From assembly GCA_036172245.1 (NCBI GenBank), contig JAYWIR010000030.1:248001-312000 (forward strand): a stretch of DNA of 64,000 bases, read 5' to 3'. A program made the position numbers and the translations under genes. Of this stretch, positions 58,195 to 64,000 are shown piece after piece (the first letter of the stretch is position 1; every line of letters begins with the position of its first letter). The notes beneath the pieces are model-generated. The model was not told the origin of the DNA, ran no database searches, and was given only the letters and a program-made list of their open reading frames with translations. Source of the DNA: Raillietiella orientalis (lineage: Eukaryota).

Positions 58195-61100
58195 TTAGGA
58201 AGCATTAATTTGTAACTGTAGATCATGTCCATTATTTGCTATCTGATAATAGCGCCAAAGGAGACTGGAACCACGCTTTAACTGGTTGGATTTTTGCAAC
58301 TGCATCCAACAATCAACCCAAGATGTATATACAGGCATATATGGTGGTTGACCAATAGCAAGTCTGAATGAAATGAAACATGAGGAAATGAAACTCTCCA
58401 CTAACCTGCAACCACTGACGCACATGCAGTTTGATACCACCAAGAATGGGTATGTCAGTGAATTACCAATAAACTGCACCCTATAAGAACTGATCCAGAT
58501 AAACAAAACCTCCCATTACCTGACATAAAATGGAAGTAATCGACCTGATTTCGGTTCCTTCCATTAAATAAGAATTGATTATGTATGCTAAGGACTGTGC
58601 TATAAAAAGACTAAGGATTTCACCCAAAATTCTTGGGATCAGACCACTGAAAAAACCTGAAATACCACTTTCTTCATAGATTTGCTTTATTGGCTGAAGA
58701 AAGCCACTAAACAAAAATGCTGTATTTTTGAATATATATATGAAAAACTCACTTATATTGTACCTCTTGTCCCACAAACTGTGCCATGGCACGAACACTC
58801 CAAACTAAAAATCAGCAGAATTAAGTAAACAATACAAAATAAAAACAACAATTTTTGAACACATCTTTAAACAATAATTACCTAACAAAAAATAGCCTTA
58901 AGTTGAAAAACTGTTTAGATTTAAAATTAAGAAAAATTAACAATTGACATTCAAAGTCTGTTTCCAGAACTTTTTTTTTTTTTTTGAAGAATGCGTCTGT
59001 CACACAGAAATTAAAATCACATCACAGAAATGCTGTAAAAATAGGATCTTTATGCATCTCGATTTGAAAAGTAGGCATGTTTCCGTAATCCAGTATTCCT
59101 ATAATGGATAAGGAGTGGAAATCTATGTGAATCAAAGTCTGAATGACTATGCACATACAAAAGTGCATATGCCACTACGTTAGCAAACAAATATGTATCA
59201 GTAAAGGATCGAAACATTCATTCTTGAAAAGTATTGCATATTAAGAGGATTATCTGCTTACCATGGATTGGCTGGCAAACAAGCACAGCACTACATCGTC
59301 CAACTAAATCACTAAATACTGCATGTGCAAAACTGGCTTTTTTGGTATGTACATCATCATCACCATCTGTTTTCTCTGGTGGAGCTTTTGCATGACTATT
59401 CATCCAAATTGTTACTTGTTCAAAAATAGCAGTACTCAACATACATTCACATAACTTTGGAGCTACCCCTTTATACAAACCAAAGAAGCCATCTCTTTGA
59501 TGTAAAAATCCCACTGGAAATGCATAATAAATCAGTCTACAGGCGGTTAATATTTTCATGATTCCATTCATGTACATTATAAAACAATGAAAGTAATGAC
59601 TGAAACTAATAAATATACCATACTGTACTACACTAGGCGAGACCCATGCTGGTCTTCCAAACAAAGTAGTAGTCTGTTTTGGAGGCAGTGGCTCATATCC
59701 AAGCTAAAACATATTTTCTTTTCTTATTATCTCAAAACAAACTTTTTTTTCAATCCGAAAAAACACATGAAAAAAATAAAACATAAAAAACTATTATCTG
59801 AAAAAACTACTATTTGATACTATCTGAAAATCCAAAACAATTGACTGCCCAGGTAGCACATGATGTAGCATGAAAAAATCATAATGTATATTATCTTTGG
59901 ACTTTCATCTAGAATAATGAGACAGAATAGAGTGAATAATGAGACATATTTCAGAGAATAATGAGACAGAATAGCAAATTCATAGTGTTGGAGTTTTGAT
60001 ATGAAGACAAACACATTTCCATGTGTGATGCCACTTCATTTTGATACTTTACAAATTTATATAATATTTAATCCCTCATACATAAAAATCTATTCAAAAT
60101 CACTTGAAATGCGCATTTTTTTTAAAAAACTCAAAATACTGAAGTCTTTTTTATATTGCACTGGAAAATCCATTACAAATATACATGCATTAGGCAGATC
60201 TTCGATTCTGTAATAATTACAATGGTAACTTCATTATACCACAAACATGCTTTCAAGAATCAATCAGCTCCTTGAAATGTATAGATATATTTGTTTAATC
60301 ATTTGTAAACCTGTTCAAATGCCACACAACCTTCCAAAAATTTTAAAATTAAGACCTAATCTTGAAATTAAGTTTATTTTATCTGAAATTCCGTTGCAAT
60401 TCCAAGCTGATTGTTCATTGATTGATTATAAACAAATAAAAAAATGTTACATCTTATGCAGTTTTTAGACTACAATCTATAGAGGAAATCATTCTGCACT
60501 TAAGTGTTTTCATTTCTACTGAAACAAACCATCCAAAAGTTCAACACAGCAATTTATTTACTTAACATCTACATGTGGAAAACTTATAGCAACATGCATA
60601 AATCACAACCTTCAGTGGTGTATGCATATAATGGTCAATGTGTCCAGACATGCATTCAACAAAAATGGCAGAATGACATCTACATTATACTTTTACAAAG
60701 TCAGTCAAGAGTTTCATTTCTCTAGACTTCTGATTTTAATCTATAATGATGTGAAGCAATGCATTGAAATGTATTTTATTGTAATTGTAAAGTACACCAC
60801 TGCAATACTTATGTTTACCTTCTTCATTTACCAAAAAACAGCACTCAAAGGTTAAAAACGGGTAACATAGGAATATGCGAAAAAAACAAAAAAAAAAATC
60901 AACAGTCTGTCATCTGAATTTCCGATAAAAGATTTAGAAATTCAACATGTGTGATACCAATACTAGCCTTAAGAATATCTGATACTTTAGCTAATTACAT
61001 GAAAGAAATGAACCCTACCACTATATGGATAACTCAAAAAGAAACCTGAAGTATCCATAAAGTTCAAAACTTCGAATAAAATTATTCGGGTCCTTGGTAT

Positions 61101-61810
61101 TGTTCTGAATTGATTTCACTCCCAAACTTTAAGCTTGCACTTCCATATTCTAGTTGTTACATCAGAAATCTTTCTTATTTACTACCATGTCAATTGTAAG
61201 TAAATAAAAACTGCAAATTTCAAAAAAAATTCTTCAAGCAATTATTGTTGTTTTCACATGGCTAAATATTTTGCACAATCTAATGCAGGAAGTACTTTAA
61301 CAAACTTACTGCACATTCTGATTTGAATATTTTCTCATGCAGTAGTAACACCTATGAGAAAAATACATGTTTCTTTTGTTTTTTTAAAAAACACGCATTT
61401 GGAGGACACTTTTCTACTTTCAGAGTATGAATGGTGGGCAATTGACAGATAAAGGGCAGATAACATACATTATTCATAACATACCTAAAGAAGTTCTAAC
61501 ACAGGTCTCAAAGTATGTACTAACATATTTTGATTTCTAGAATAAACTGAAAACCAATAACATATAATATGGTAACTGTCAAAAGAATAATTATCAATTT
61601 CCAATTCAAAACTTTAGAAAAATAAAATCTGAGCCAAGCCCTCCAACTCTACATTTCTCTACAACAATTATATCTACGAAAAATAATTTTTACCTGAATA
61701 AGAGTTTTGGCATATTCAAGTGGATGTGTTGCTAAGCATGATACGCATTTGACAGCATCCATTGTTTTAATTTGAAAGGTATTCAAAGAAAAATGATCCT
61801 CTACATCCAT
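58195..61810 (-). CDS. MTCH2: Mitochondrial carrier homolog (MTCH1/MTCH2-like), 7 exons, ~309 aa
   Basis: Exons 61810-61694, 59703-59619, 59513-59262, 58804-58753, 58706-58520, 58473-58406, 58363-58195 (930 nt). Motifs: HPLEYAKTLIQLGYEPLPP..TLFGR, DGFFGLYKG, RAMAQFVG.E, GFFSGLIPRILGE, LTYPFLVVS, PPYMPVY.SW.DCW..LKRGSSL. An alternative start lies at 61762. Confidence 0.93.
59912..59974. repeat. 22-bp minisatellite, ~3 copies, in MTCH intron 1
   Basis: GAATAATGAGACA at 59912, 59934 and 59956. Confidence 0.9.
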
Positions 61811-62859
61811 TATGCTGTCAACAGGTATTTTCACAATTCAATGAAACGTTAACTTTATAGCACTTGAGTTCATCTTCTAAACACTGGGCACATAACCTAA
61901 CATGGAGATGTCACCACAAAATACATCAACAATCATCAGCAACTTTGCACAATTAACAATATATTTTACATAATTAACATTCATCTATGAAGAAGAAAAA
62001 AGTTGCTTGGAACTAGTTTTCAAAATTATGCTTCTGATACACATTAAGAGAACTTGCACGTATGCTTCTTTAAGAATTTGACCTTTATATTTGTGGAAAA
62101 AATTTCGTCTTTACAAAATAACACAAATATCACGAACGCACATAATGTACATAATATACTACGCCGCATACCAACCTCTCCACATATGTATATACAGCTT
62201 GAATACATGCATGCAATTCGAACGATTGTTTTTACATATCACTTCATAAATGTGCACAAAAGAGATTTATAATTACACACCCCTGAAGGGAAGTTAACAT
62301 TTGATTTCGATTATTAAACGGACACAGAAGAATGGCTAGTGTTTTTATTATGCATATGCTTAATTAGCTACACAGTTACCAAAAGTTACTTAATCTGCCA
62401 CAACGTCCTCTTTCCCTCATGAATTCGGGTTCCATACTAAACCGCTAAGCCTTCATAACGAAACATAATGACATTACTGACGTCTGATGCTAATTAGAAG
62501 AAATGGAGAGTACCGGTGGTGCTGTTTTACTTGGTCCAAAATTCACATCGTACCGTAACCGCTTTCGAGACCGACGTTCAAATTTCGCAACGTACACTCC
62601 GTGCATCGGTAACACTACCACGTTATGCTACCGAAGGTACAATAATTATAGTAGGGATAATCCAAACCGTGAAAAGGAGATCGTAGGGCTGTACAGATCA
62701 CTTCAGAAACGGTGTCCAAAACTCTCCAGCAACTCATGAGAACCAAATCGATAACAAAATACACTCCGGAAGTTTTTTTTTTTTTTTTTTAACTACCAAA
62801 AAATTTATCGATTTGCAGTGTTTTATGACATAGGGAAAAAAAAAAAATCATTAGAATAC

Positions 62860-63350
62860 TGAACTGAATCCAATAAACTTTTCCTTGATTTCCAAATAAT
62901 GAAACTGGACATGAGTTCCTGTTTTTCAAGTACACTGGTTTCTGAACACTACCACTAGCATGTGCACCAAGTAGTAAGTTTCCAAGGCATTTTTTAAATT
63001 CGAGTTTCTTATTCGTTTGTTTGTGGAGAGAGATCAAAAGGGAATCAAAACATAGCGACTGTTTCATATTTCTTAAGATCAATCTGGCCACCACAGAGCC
63101 TTTTGATTTAGAAATGTGTAAATGACACACAAACTGGTGCTTTCAGAAAAATTGACAAACAGTTTGAGAATTTTCTATAATGCCCTATTTTCTCTACAGA
63201 CTGTTGTCATAAAAGATAGTAGGGAATGTTGCATTATAAAAATGCTAACTTCTATAACATAGGTATATAAATTGAGGTGACTTCGTTTACATTACTTGAG
63301 AATGCCGTGTGTATTATGTGATGATAATTTTCCAACTTTAGAGCTTAGCA
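62860..63350 (-). mobile_element. Decayed pogo/Tigger-like transposase fragment
   Basis: SKVG...THGI (cf. SKGW..F..RHGI), then (N)..ET, then LLLGAHASGS..KP..LKNRNSCPV...N..K.YW (cf. LLLGANASG..KP..LK...LPV...N.KAW). Confidence 0.45.
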
Positions 63351-64000
63351 GTGACGAAAATTCAATACATATTATCTGACTATTAGACTGTACAGTGCTT
63401 TGTTTTGCATGGTTGAATAAAATCAGGCAGAATTGCATACTTATGGTGAAGTTATAGATAGGCAAAATTTTGACTCGAACACACATGTGCCTTTACAGAT
63501 AAATGAGCATTACTGAAAGCACAAAAACCCATAAAACAGGATCAAATTCATTTATCCTTATTTTCTATGGTAGACGTGTCTACTACTTAGCTTCCTCCTC
63601 CCTTCACCTTTTCTTACTGTGATGTTCCTTCCTAATGAGTCCCCGTTCTGAGTTGCTATTTGCAGCTTTTATTTTTGTCTTGGCTAGCAAATGACATTAT
63701 GCAGTTTATGCTTTTGACTGAATATCCATGTGAATGGTTTGTCTTCACGATCCTCGCTTTTCGGAATTCCTTTCGGAATTATAGCTTTGAAGATGTCTTA
63801 CTCGAATCATAAGATAGGCAGTTCTCTATATTAAATTCTAATATTCCAGTGACAAAGGATGTGGAAAGGTAAACGATGGAAAGATAAGTTTCTGAGTACC
63901 TTTCATGCAAATTCGGTCAAGACCAGCATCTGAAAATATCCAACTAAAAGAAAAGTTTTCGATTGAGAGTTTTGAGTAGCCCAAGTCCAACTGATAGTCC

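Noticed and set aside
60612..60690. Second SNORD33-like guide (ATGCATACACCA-CTGA, minus) in MTCH intron 1
   Set aside because: The guide needs a bulge and there is no recognisable C box.

Overview
Eukaryotic (invertebrate, probably arthropod-like; inferred) genomic DNA with very short GT-AG introns (mostly 42-60 nt). Five spliced protein genes can be reconstructed: a CREB3L1/2-class bZIP factor without a transmembrane tail (CrebA-like, +, 7683-16378), BRWD/PHIP WD40-bromodomain protein (-, 24186-31634), cis-prenyltransferase DHDDS (-, 32066-33197), splicing factor PNISR (+, 53350-56688) and mitochondrial carrier homolog MTCH (-, 58195-61810). The first ~24 kb is GC/CpG-rich and full of microsatellites; its long ORFs outside the bZIP exons look spurious. 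The housekeeping genes are AT-rich and CpG-depleted. The 34-50 kb interval is a graveyard of at least five decayed non-LTR reverse transcriptase remnants, a tRNA-derived SINE-like head and a pogo/Tigger-like transposase fragment. The best non-coding finds are an intronic box C/D snoRNA matching SNORD33/snR55 in BRWD, an H/ACA-like double hairpin that overlaps the PNISR intron 1 donor, and a ~320-nt hairpin-dense GC island upstream of PNISR. I cannot support a wholly new multi-gene system. All calls are by-eye readings without database searches.
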